The notes under the pieces were generated by a model. That model did no database searches. It was not told the origin of the DNA and worked only from the letters and a program-made list of their open reading frames with translations. The position numbers and the translations under genes are program-made. From an uncultured bacterium (GTDB lineage Bacteria; Omnitrophota; Omnitrophia; Omnitrophales; Aquincolibacteriaceae), in assembly GCA_964482725.1 (NCBI GenBank), contig CAYZYT010000006.1, positions 19,777 to 83,776 on the forward strand: a stretch of 64,000 bases of DNA, written 5' to 3'. Below, in pieces: positions 30,384 to 38,765 of this stretch. Position 1 is the stretch's first letter. Each line of letters starts with the position of its first letter.

Positions 30384-30514
30384 AAGCATTGAAAACATCC
30401 TTTCTTTTCTCAGTTTGGTGACTTTGTGTCAAGGTGACCTTTTGCCTTGGTGTCTTGGTGCCTTTGTGACATTGTGTCTTGGCGACCTTTTTCGTTTACA
30501 TTTTTCTCTTCGCG

Positions 30515-31786
30515 CTATCGGAGCGAATATTTTCCGTCTCCTGCTCTCTTGATCTTACCTGCCAATTCAAGCCTAAGAAGCTGCACCGGCAACTTCGCGG
30601 GTTCAAGCCCCGTAAACTCAAGTATTTCACTTAAACCCAGAGAACCTTCCTCCTTGAGAAGCTCCGGGATGATCGATTCTTCTTCCGGGATGTCCCGATC
30701 GTCTCCCCCAAAGCACCCTTCCATTTTTTCATGCTTTACCTCCTGCTCGCCTGCCGGTTGTCCGTTGACCACCTTCTTTTCGCCTTGTGTCTTGTGACTT
30801 TGTGACAAGTGACTCGATGTCTGTCGTTGACCGTCGTCCGTTGACCGTTGATCATTACTTCCCGTGCCTTCCCCATCGGACGTCGAGAACGCCGGTTCAA
30901 ATTTATTTTCCCATTTCAGCCGGTCGGCAAGCGCAAGAAGGATATCCTCAGGGGTTTCCACAAGGCATGCGCCTTCCTTGATGAGTTGATGGCATCCGCG
31001 CGAAGTCAATTGATCGACGGGACCCGGGAGGGCGAAAATTTCCCGCCCCTGCTCAACTGCCTGATGCGCTGTAATGAGAGACCCGCTCCGGGAGTGAGCC
31101 TCCACGACAAAGGTAGCATACGAAAGCCCCGAAAGAATCCGGTTCCTGCGTGGAAAATTCTCCGGAAGCGGCGGCGTCCCCAAGGGATATTCACTCAAAA
31201 TGGCGCCCCGCTCCGCGATCTTCTTAAAGAGCCCTTCGTGCTCCTTCGGATAGATCACATCAAGCCCGCAACCCATGACCGCGATCGTTCGACCGTAAGA
31301 GACATGGAGTGCACCGTCGTGCGCCACCTGGTCGATCCCGCGCGCGAGGCCTGAAACGATCGTCAAGCCTCGCGCAGCGAGCTCCTGCGCGAAGCGCTTG
31401 GCCTGCGTCCGTCCATAAAAACTCGGATGCCGCGTCCCGACGATCGCAATCGCGTTCCGGTCATTCTCGAGCAAGGCTCCTTTTTTATAAAGAACGAGCG
31501 GCGGGTCCGAGACCTCTTTAAGGAGCGCCGGATACTCGCCGTCCGAGTAGAGTAAAAAATCGATCCCTTTTTGCGCACAAAGCTCGATCTCTTTTTCCGG
31601 ATTAAAAGAAAGCGCATTTTCCGCGGCTGGAAGCTCCTTCAAAAGATCTTCCACTTCCATCCTTACGGCGATTTCCCCCGCATTTTTCCCTTCCGAAAGA
31701 AGCGTGATGACCCTGCGCCTTCCTTCGATCCTGAGCCGGTTCAGCATCAGGAACGCCCGGACTTCCGCCGCTTCGCCTGATGTCAT
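30515..31786 (-). CDS. dprA: DNA processing protein DprA (Smf) with a low-complexity linker and a C-terminal winged-helix domain
   Basis: It has a Rossmann-like DprA core (IVSGLARGIDQVAHDGAL...GSLITAHQAVEQGREIFALPG) and a C-terminal wHTH (EILEFTGLEPAKLPVQLLRLELAGKI). Confidence 0.85.
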   Translation of the reverse strand: MTSGEAAEVRAFLMLNRLRIEGRRRVITLLSEGKNAGEIAVRMEVEDLLKELPAAENALSFNPEKEIELCAQKGIDFLLYSDGEYPALLKEVSDPPLVLYKKGALLENDRNAIAIVGTRHPSFYGRTQAKRFAQELAARGLTIVSGLARGIDQVAHDGALHVSYGRTIAVMGCGLDVIYPKEHEGLFKKIAERGAILSEYPLGTPPLPENFPRRNRILSGLSYATFVVEAHSRSGSLITAHQAVEQGREIFALPGPVDQLTSRGCHQLIKEGACLVETPEDILLALADRLKWENKFEPAFSTSDGEGTGSNDQRSTDDGQRQTSSHLSQSHKTQGEKKVVNGQPAGEQEVKHEKMEGCFGGDDRDIPEEESIIPELLKEEGSLGLSEILEFTGLEPAKLPVQLLRLELAGKIKRAGDGKYSLR

Positions 31787-32295
31787 GGGTGAAACCCGAT
31801 CAGCCTTTTTTTTCGGACGGGCGGGTTGGAAAGTCTGCGAACCGCGTTGAAGAGAGCTCGGAAATTCGCATCGTACTGCATTTCCATTTCTTCGATCTTC
31901 CTGGCCAGATCCTTGTGGGACGCAAGAATCTCTCGCAGCCGGACAAAAGCCCTCACGACCTGGAGGCTCATCCGGACCGCCAAGCGGGTATTAAGCACGG
32001 TTGCAAGCATGATCGCCCCATATTCGGTAAATGCGTTTGGAAGCGCCGATGAAAATTTGAGCTTCCTGAGGTGGTCGCAATTTGCGACCACCTCCTTTTT
32101 CTCTTCCAGAGTTAATCGAAACATGAAATCTGACGGAAAACGGTCCACATTTCTCCGCACCTGCTCATTAAGCCTCTTGGTGCTGACCCCGTAAAGCCCC
32201 GCAAGATCGGCATCCATCATCACCTTTTGCCCTCGCAGGAAGAGAATAGTCTTGAAGATCCTTTCATGAGGAACAAGACAGGTTCGCTTTTTCAT
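31783..32295 (-). CDS. ORF6N-domain protein (KilA-N-related, phage antirepressor-like N-domain)
   Basis: RGQKVMMDADLAGLYGVSTKRLNEQVRRNVDRFPSDFMFRLT is the ORF6N signature. It overlaps the dprA start by 4 nt. An AT-rich 96-nt region lies upstream. Confidence 0.7.
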   Translation of the reverse strand: MKKRTCLVPHERIFKTILFLRGQKVMMDADLAGLYGVSTKRLNEQVRRNVDRFPSDFMFRLTLEEKKEVVANCDHLRKLKFSSALPNAFTEYGAIMLATVLNTRLAVRMSLQVVRAFVRLREILASHKDLARKIEEMEMQYDANFRALFNAVRRLSNPPVRKKRLIGFHP

Positions 32296-32391
32296 GGTAA
32301 TAGCATAACAAAATATTAATTATTCATCAATATTTATTTCGCTTTTAGCGATTTTTGAGACCCCCCCCTAAAATCCTAGCGAGGAAAAAGA

Positions 32392-33489
32392 TTACTTCGC
32401 GCCGGCGAGACGGAGGATCTTGCGGATGCTTTCGAGGGAAATGTTTTTTTCGAGGGTGACTTGGCCGATGCGCCGGGGCAGGACAAAGCGAAGCATCCCT
32501 TTGCGCTTCTTCTTATCGGTCATCATGGCTTTCAAGATCACGGACATTTTCAGATTGAATTTATTGATTGAAACAGGCAATTTCATAGCAACGAGAAGCT
32601 TCATCTGGCGCCAGGGAAGTTCTTCGGAGCAAAGCCCAAGATCCGCTGCGAGTTGCGCGGCCATCATCATTCCGATCGCGACCGCTTCCCCATGCACCAG
32701 CCCCTTATAGCCCAGCGCTCCTTCGATCCCATGCGCAAAAGTATGCCCATAGTTGAGGATCGCACGCTCCCCTTTTGTCTCGAACTCATCGCGGCTTACG
32801 ACCCCCGCCTTGATCTTGGCGCAAGCGCGAACGACCTTCTCGATCGCCCCTAGGTCTCTTCTCAGCATCTTTTTGCAGTTTTTCTCCAGAAAATTAAAAA
32901 GAGAGGGATCGCGGATCACACCGTATTTCACGATCTCCCCGAAGGAAGCGCAAAGCTCGCGCTGAGGAAGTGAGCGAAGCGTGCTCACATCCGAGATCAC
33001 AAGCGACGGAGGCCAGAAAGCCCCCATGAGGTTCTTTCCCTCTTTGAGGTCGATCGCCGTCTTTCCCCCGATCGCACTGTCCACCTGGGCCAGCAAGGTC
33101 GTCGCGATATTCACATAACGGATCCCTCGAAGATAGACCGATGCCGCAAACCCCGCGAGGTCGCTCACCACGCCCCCACCCACAGCAACAATCCCGTCCC
33201 TGCGCTCAAATCCCTTGGCGAGAAGATCGTAGGAGAGCCGAAAAAGCTCTGCCCCGGATTTTGCGATCTCCCCATTGGGCAGCGTATGGGAATGAACCTC
33301 AAAACCTTTTTTGGAAAGCGATGCCGCGATGACTTTCAGATAAGGCGCAAGATTCTTCTGGGAAACGATCATCAGCTTCGCCCCGGGCGAAAAAATACCG
33401 GACACCCGTGCGCCGGCCTGCGACAACAAGCCTTGGCCGACACAGATCTTATAATTTCCCTTCACGCTTTTTACTTGTATGGTTTTCAC
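32392..33489 (-). CDS. aroB: 3-dehydroquinate synthase
   Basis: It has family blocks (VAVGGGVVSDLAGFAASVYLRGIRYVNIATTLLAQVDSAIGGKTAIDL) and a GTG start that I checked. Confidence 0.9.
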   Translation of the reverse strand: MKTIQVKSVKGNYKICVGQGLLSQAGARVSGIFSPGAKLMIVSQKNLAPYLKVIAASLSKKGFEVHSHTLPNGEIAKSGAELFRLSYDLLAKGFERRDGIVAVGGGVVSDLAGFAASVYLRGIRYVNIATTLLAQVDSAIGGKTAIDLKEGKNLMGAFWPPSLVISDVSTLRSLPQRELCASFGEIVKYGVIRDPSLFNFLEKNCKKMLRRDLGAIEKVVRACAKIKAGVVSRDEFETKGERAILNYGHTFAHGIEGALGYKGLVHGEAVAIGMMMAAQLAADLGLCSEELPWRQMKLLVAMKLPVSINKFNLKMSVILKAMMTDKKKRKGMLRFVLPRRIGQVTLEKNISLESIRKILRLAGAK

Positions 33490-34004
33490 GTTCTTGACCT
33501 CATCATTTCCCGGATGTCATGCGCAACATCTTCAGGGATCTCGCCATCCGTCAGCACGGAAAAGTGGCAGGCGTTCTCATAAAGAATCTCACGGTCACTT
33601 AGGATCTGCCGAAGCGCACCGAGCGGGTCGGGCTTGTTTAGAAGCGGCCGGTCCTTGGAGTACTGAACCCTCTGCCACAAGGATTCCGCGGACGCTTTAA
33701 GCAGTACGACCTTTCCTGTCTTTTTCATGCGCCGAACATTCTCTTCACGCAGGACAATACCTCCGCCCGTCGCGATCACCTGCCCGTGCTGCTTTGAAAA
33801 ATGCTCCAGGACCGAAGACTCCAGATTGCGAAAATAGGGCTCGCCGGACCCCTCAAAGATCTCGGAGATCGAACGCCCTTCTCGGGCCTGGATCTCGGCA
33901 TCCAGATCCACAAATGCGTCGTCGAGCAGATCCGCCAAGACTCTCCCGGTCGCGGTCTTCCCGGAGCCCATCATCCCAATAAGATAAACGTTATCGTTGC
34001 TCAT
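33486..34004 (-). CDS. aroK: Shikimate kinase
   Basis: It has the P-loop YLIGMMGSGKTATG and is 172 aa. Confidence 0.9.
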   Translation of the reverse strand: MSNDNVYLIGMMGSGKTATGRVLADLLDDAFVDLDAEIQAREGRSISEIFEGSGEPYFRNLESSVLEHFSKQHGQVIATGGGIVLREENVRRMKKTGKVVLLKASAESLWQRVQYSKDRPLLNKPDPLGALRQILSDREILYENACHFSVLTDGEIPEDVAHDIREMMRSRT

Positions 34005-34096
34005 TTGTCTGGCCGTTCAGGGTTCCGGAGGATGGAGGGCGGATGGCGACAGACTTGGTTTTCCGCCATCCTCCCTCCGCCTCCCACCATCCTGCT

Positions 34097-35215
34097 TTAT
34101 TGTCGGCTATGCTTTAAATAACCATCGTAATTACGGCGGATCTCACGGATAGAATCACCGCCAAATTTTTCGAGAAAAGCGTCCGCAAGCGTATACGCCA
34201 CGAGTGCTTCCCCGATCACGCTCCCGGCCGGCACCGCGCAGACATCGCTGCGCTCAAAATCCGCCTTTTCCACTTTTTTCGTTTTCATGTTCACCGAAGC
34301 AAGCGGTCGCGCGAGCGTCGAGATCGGCTTCATCGTAAGACGGACCACGAGATCCGCCCCGTTCGTCATCCCGCCTTCAAAACCCCCGGCATGATTCGTC
34401 TTATGGAAATAGCCTCGGGTCTTCCCGTAAAATATTTCGTCATGCGCTTGGGAACCTGGAACGCCCGCGAGCGCCACGCCTTCTCCGATCTCAACCGCTT
34501 TCGCGGATTGCTGGCTCATCAGGATCATAGCGATCCGCGCATCAAGCTTTCTTTCAAAATGAACATAAGAGCCCAAGCCGATCGGCAGACCCGTGGCACG
34601 GACCTCATATTTCCCGCCGAGTGAATCTCCGCACTTGATGGCTTTCGTGATCGCCTGCATCATGGCCTTTTCGGTCTTGCGACAGACGCAGCGAACGGAC
34701 GAATCCTTGGCACCTTTTCGAATCTCTTCAACCGTCCTATCTCGCTCCGGGAGCACCGCATTCCCGATCTGGACCACGTGAGCGGCGATCTCGATCCCAA
34801 ACGCCTTGAGTAAAAGCTTGCAAGCCGCGCCCACCGCAACGCGCATGGAAGTCTCGCGCGCACTCGAACGTTCGAGCACCGCCCGGATACCCTGATCGTA
34901 CTTCAGAGATCCCGCAAGGTCCGCATGGCCAGGCCGAGGGCGGAAAAGCTCCGGCATTTCTTCGATCTTAAAGTCCTTGTTCGTGAGAAGGAATCCCAAC
35001 GGCGCGCCGGTCGTGACCTTCTTGATCACGCCCCCCAGGATCTCCACACCGTCTGTTTCGATCTTCTGTCTGTCCCCGCGTCCGTACCCTGCCTGCCGGC
35101 GACGCATCTCTCCATTGATAAAATCACGGTCAACCGTAAGGCCGCTTGGGAAACCTTCAAGAATAGCGGCCATGTAATGACCGTGCGACTCTCCTGCAGT
35201 GATATATTTGAGCAT
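34097..35215 (-). CDS. aroC: Chorismate synthase
   Basis: It has MLKYITAGESHG... and family blocks. The track ORF starts 5 codons earlier, at 35230. Confidence 0.9.
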   Translation of the reverse strand: MLKYITAGESHGHYMAAILEGFPSGLTVDRDFINGEMRRRQAGYGRGDRQKIETDGVEILGGVIKKVTTGAPLGFLLTNKDFKIEEMPELFRPRPGHADLAGSLKYDQGIRAVLERSSARETSMRVAVGAACKLLLKAFGIEIAAHVVQIGNAVLPERDRTVEEIRKGAKDSSVRCVCRKTEKAMMQAITKAIKCGDSLGGKYEVRATGLPIGLGSYVHFERKLDARIAMILMSQQSAKAVEIGEGVALAGVPGSQAHDEIFYGKTRGYFHKTNHAGGFEGGMTNGADLVVRLTMKPISTLARPLASVNMKTKKVEKADFERSDVCAVPAGSVIGEALVAYTLADAFLEKFGGDSIREIRRNYDGYLKHSRQ

Positions 35216-35216
35216 A

Positions 35217-36017
35217 TTAAAAAACTCCATAGGTTTTTGCTAAAAAGTTCAGGACCCGGTCCCCTTCCATAAAGATGAACGCGCTCGCAAGCGCCAAAAA
35301 CGGCCCGAAAGGGATCGTCTCTTCTTTTTTTACAAACCGCTGCCAGAGCGCGAACGGCAAGGCCGGAAAAGGCGCGATAAGAAAAATAAGGCCCACCTTG
35401 GTCACTCCCACAAAGGCGCCGACCATGGCCAGAAGCTTCACATCGCCGCCGCCCATAGCATCCTTACGAAAAACCAGTTTCCCAAGCCATCCGACAAGAA
35501 GCAGGATCCCGCCTCCTGCCAAAAGCCCGGCGCCAGAAGCAAGAAGCTTTTCATACCAAAGAGTTTGAGCAAAATGCCCGTGGCCGGTGACACTCAGCGC
35601 CAGCCCCGCGATCATCCCCGTGATCGTGATCTCGTCGGGAATCAGCCCGGTTTCAAAATCCGTCATGGTGACCACGATGATCGTTGCAAAAAAAATCGTG
35701 CTCGCCGCAAATTCGGCCGACAAACCGTACCGCTGCCATAAAAACCATGCGATCCCTGCCGTAGTCAGCTCGACGAGAAAATAGCGAAAGGCGATCGGCG
35801 CCCGGCAACGGAAGCATTTCCCGCGGAGCAGGAGATAGCTCACAAGCGGTATGTTCTCATACCAAGGGATCATCGCCTTGCAATGAGGGCAAAAAGACCG
35901 CGGCAACACGATCGAAAGATCGCGCGGCATCCTGTAAATGCAAACGTTCAGAAAACTTCCCACGATCGCACCGGCAGCAAAAACGAACCACGCCACTGTT
36001 ATGGCATCCATACTCAC
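35217..36017 (-). CDS. Type IV prepilin peptidase (A24 family)
   Basis: It has an N-terminal Cys-rich box (CPHCKAMIPWYENIPLVSYLLLRGKCFRC) and multiple TM segments with catalytic Asp blocks. Confidence 0.8.
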   Translation of the reverse strand: MSMDAITVAWFVFAAGAIVGSFLNVCIYRMPRDLSIVLPRSFCPHCKAMIPWYENIPLVSYLLLRGKCFRCRAPIAFRYFLVELTTAGIAWFLWQRYGLSAEFAASTIFFATIIVVTMTDFETGLIPDEITITGMIAGLALSVTGHGHFAQTLWYEKLLASGAGLLAGGGILLLVGWLGKLVFRKDAMGGGDVKLLAMVGAFVGVTKVGLIFLIAPFPALPFALWQRFVKKEETIPFGPFLALASAFIFMEGDRVLNFLAKTYGVF

Positions 36018-36160
36018 CCCGTTAGAGAGAGGAAGCGCTAAAAGCGCTTTCCTTTATTTCAGAAAAACCGTTTCTTAAAATCGAGCGCGCGTTTGACTCT
36101 GATTTTTTAAAACCCTACCCATGGATCGCTAACGGGACAAGCGTCCTTTTCCTTTGAGCG

Positions 36161-36225
36161 CCTGTCCTGGCATCTGTCTTTTTCTGACTGAAGGTTGCCA
36201 GGACTGGTCCAATTAACCTTTGAAT
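36161..36225 (-). repeat. Conserved ~65-bp intergenic element (copy 2). It overlaps the aroE stop and lies about 190 nt upstream of the prepilin peptidase start.
   Basis: cctgtcctggcatctgtctttttctgactgaaggttgccaggactggtccaattaacctttgaat matches the copy at 8845-8912. Confidence 0.7.
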
Positions 36226-37148
36226 TTTTTGATTGAGCATTGGGCCTGAAGTAGCGACTGCCGCATCACGCCCACCGGCGCCTTCCGCCCCGTCCAATGT
36301 TCCAACGCCCGAGCGCCCTGATAAAGCAGCATCCCGAGCCCATTTAAAGTCCTGTGCCCTTTCTTTTTCGCATCCTTCAAAAAAGGCGTCATGGCCGGAT
36401 TATAAATAAGATCCATAAAAAGCATCGAGCCGCAGCTTGCTTTTTGCGAGACTCGCCCCCGTGGAGCTACATGAGTCTTTCCAACCCGGGGGATCCATCC
36501 TTCCGGAACCACTCTCGGGTCCTGCGGCTTCAACCCAAGGGGCGTTGCATTAATGATAACATCGGCCTTTTGAAGGGCGTCCTTGACCTCCGGAGTTCCG
36601 GCCGGGACAGCCTGATAACTCACCCGTTTGAAAAGCTTCCGCATGTCGTTTGCTATCTTCTGGGCTTTCCCAGGAAAACAGTCGGCGATCAGAATTTCCC
36701 GGACACCCTCCCGTGAAAGGCCATACACAACCGCGCGGGCCGCACCTCCGGCGCCAAGAATCACCGCCTTTTTCCCGGACGGACGAAAACCGCCGTCTTT
36801 CGTCAGCGCCAGGAGAAAGCCTTCCATGTCCGTATTCGTACCGACCCATCGCTTCCCCTGTCTAAAAACCGTATTGACGGCTCCGATCGCACGCGCTTCC
36901 GGCCGGACGCTGTCGAGATAGCTCATGACGGTTTCTTTGTAGGGAACCGTGACATTAAAGCCCGAGAGAGAAAGTTGGGAGAATCGCCTCATAAGCTTTT
37001 TGAAAGCAGCGGGAGCGAGTTCTAACACGATATAGTTCGCATCAATCCCAAGTTTGCGAAACGCAGCCTCGTGCATGGCCGGAGAAAGAGTGTGCGACAA
37101 GGGGTGCCCGAAGATCCCGTAAAGCTTGAAAGTTTTTTTCTTTTTCAC
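36213..37148 (-). CDS. aroE: Shikimate dehydrogenase
   Basis: It has LYGIFGHPLSHTLSPAMHEAAF and an NADP-binding GAGGAARAV motif. Confidence 0.85.
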   Translation of the reverse strand: MKKKKTFKLYGIFGHPLSHTLSPAMHEAAFRKLGIDANYIVLELAPAAFKKLMRRFSQLSLSGFNVTVPYKETVMSYLDSVRPEARAIGAVNTVFRQGKRWVGTNTDMEGFLLALTKDGGFRPSGKKAVILGAGGAARAVVYGLSREGVREILIADCFPGKAQKIANDMRKLFKRVSYQAVPAGTPEVKDALQKADVIINATPLGLKPQDPRVVPEGWIPRVGKTHVAPRGRVSQKASCGSMLFMDLIYNPAMTPFLKDAKKKGHRTLNGLGMLLYQGARALEHWTGRKAPVGVMRQSLLQAQCSIKKFKG

Positions 37149-38692
37149 ACTGGGGAAGGCTGGCTGGGAGCCCGCTGAGCGTTCGCCGAGACCTTGTTAA
37201 GAGCGAAAAGATAGGCACGGACACTGGCTTCAATAATATCCGTACTTGTGCCGCGACCGGTGACTTCCTTGCCATCGATCTCAAGTTTGACCAGCACTTC
37301 GCCCAAAGCGTCTTTGCCGCTGGTGACCGATTGCAAACCATAATGAATGAGTTTTGCCCTGGAATTCACGATCTTCTCAATGGCTTTGTAGCAGGCATCC
37401 ACAGGACCATCCCCGGTCGAGGCGGCTTCTTGAATCTTGCCTTCATAGGAAAGCTTGATCTGAGCGTGAGGCTTCGCGCGAGTCTCCGAAACCACCTTCA
37501 TGGAAACCAACTTCCAGGTCTCCGGAATCTTGGCGATCTCATTTTGTAGGATGGCCTCGAGATCTTCATCGAAAATATACTTCTTCTTGTCCGCAAGCGC
37601 CTTAAATTGAACGAAAGCCTGATCCAGTTCTTTGGGTGCCAATTGAAACCCGAGCTTTTTCACGCGAACCTCGAAGGCATGCTTGCCCGACAGCTTCCCG
37701 AGCATCAGCTGGCTTCCGGAAAGCCCGATCTTTTTGGGGTCCATGATCTCATAGGTCTGGCGTTTCTTGAGAATCCCATCCTGATGGATGCCCGAGGCAT
37801 GCCAGAAGGCATTGCGCCCGACGATCGCCTTGTTAGGCTGAACGACCATCCCCGTCAAATGCGATACCAACCGCGAGGCTTTGGTGATCTCCGAGAGCTT
37901 GATATCCGTATAACAATCCATGAAATCCGCGCGCGTATCGATCGTCATGGCGATCTCCTCGAGCGAAGCGTTCCCCGCACGTTCTCCGATCCCATTCACC
38001 GTACATTCCACCTGATTTGCGCCCGCAAGAACGGCTGCCAGAGAATTGGCCGTTGCAAGACCGAGATCGTTGTGACAATGGACCGAAAGAACCACCTTCT
38101 TCCCAAGCCCGGGGTTTTTCCTGATCAAGAAACGGATGAGCTCCGTGAATTCCTGCGGGACGGTGTAACCGACCGTATCGGGGATATTGATCGAAGTTGC
38201 CCCCGCATGGATCGCGGCCCGCACGGTTTCCGCCAAGAAATCCCGTTCGGTACGTGATGCATCCTCCGGAGAAAATTCGATCTGCTTGAAATCTTTGGCC
38301 GCAGACGTGATCTGCTGGGCCACCATCGCGAGGATCTCCTTTTTATTCTTTTTGAGCTTGAACTCGCGATGGATCTGGGAGGTCGCGAGAAAAACATGCA
38401 GGCGCTTTTTCGCGGCCCGCTCAAGCGCCCTCCGGCAGGCGTCAATATCCCTCGGGATCATGCGCGAAAGTCCGCAGATCACGGGTTTACGCACATTTTC
38501 CGCGATCATCGCAACCGCCTTCATTTCCCCCAGCGACGACGCCGGGAAACCGGCCTCGATCACATCGACATTCAATCGCTCCAGCTGACGCGCGATCTTC
38601 AGCTTCTCGTCCGGCGTGAGCGATGCCCCGGGCGATTGCTCGCCGTCCCGGAGCGTGGTGTCAAATATATGGATTTTGCGTTTCGTTGTCAT
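37145..38692 (-). CDS. leuA: 2-isopropylmalate synthase (LeuA/CimA family)
   Basis: It has an HMGL-like domain (IFDTTLRDGEQSPGA...HCHNDLGLATANSL) and a LeuA dimerisation domain. Confidence 0.85.
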   Translation of the reverse strand: MTTKRKIHIFDTTLRDGEQSPGASLTPDEKLKIARQLERLNVDVIEAGFPASSLGEMKAVAMIAENVRKPVICGLSRMIPRDIDACRRALERAAKKRLHVFLATSQIHREFKLKKNKKEILAMVAQQITSAAKDFKQIEFSPEDASRTERDFLAETVRAAIHAGATSINIPDTVGYTVPQEFTELIRFLIRKNPGLGKKVVLSVHCHNDLGLATANSLAAVLAGANQVECTVNGIGERAGNASLEEIAMTIDTRADFMDCYTDIKLSEITKASRLVSHLTGMVVQPNKAIVGRNAFWHASGIHQDGILKKRQTYEIMDPKKIGLSGSQLMLGKLSGKHAFEVRVKKLGFQLAPKELDQAFVQFKALADKKKYIFDEDLEAILQNEIAKIPETWKLVSMKVVSETRAKPHAQIKLSYEGKIQEAASTGDGPVDACYKAIEKIVNSRAKLIHYGLQSVTSGKDALGEVLVKLEIDGKEVTGRGTSTDIIEASVRAYLFALNKVSANAQRAPSQPSPV

Positions 38693-38700
38693 AACATCCT

Positions 38701-38759
38701 AAAAAAGGGACAACGGTCAACGAACAACGAATTTACAAAACGTTGCCCGTTGACCGTTG
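38701..38759 (-). terminator. Hairpin plus U-tract between ilvC and leuA (candidate internal terminator or attenuator)
   Basis: On the minus strand, CAACGGUCAACGGGCAACG pairs with CGUUGUUCGUUGACCGUUG. The stem has 19 pairs, including two G-U wobble pairs. It is followed by UCCCUUUUUU and then the leuA start codon. Confidence 0.55.
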
Positions 38760-38765
38760 AACGAT

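Noticed and set aside
30775-30860. GTGAC/TTGTG and CGTTGACCG word repeats resembling the intergenic repeats
   Set aside because: They lie in frame inside dprA. They encode the low-complexity linker (…TSDGEGTGSNDQRSTDDGQRQTSSHLSQSHKTQGEKK…) between the DprA core and the C-terminal winged helix. This is a coding low-complexity region, not a separate element.
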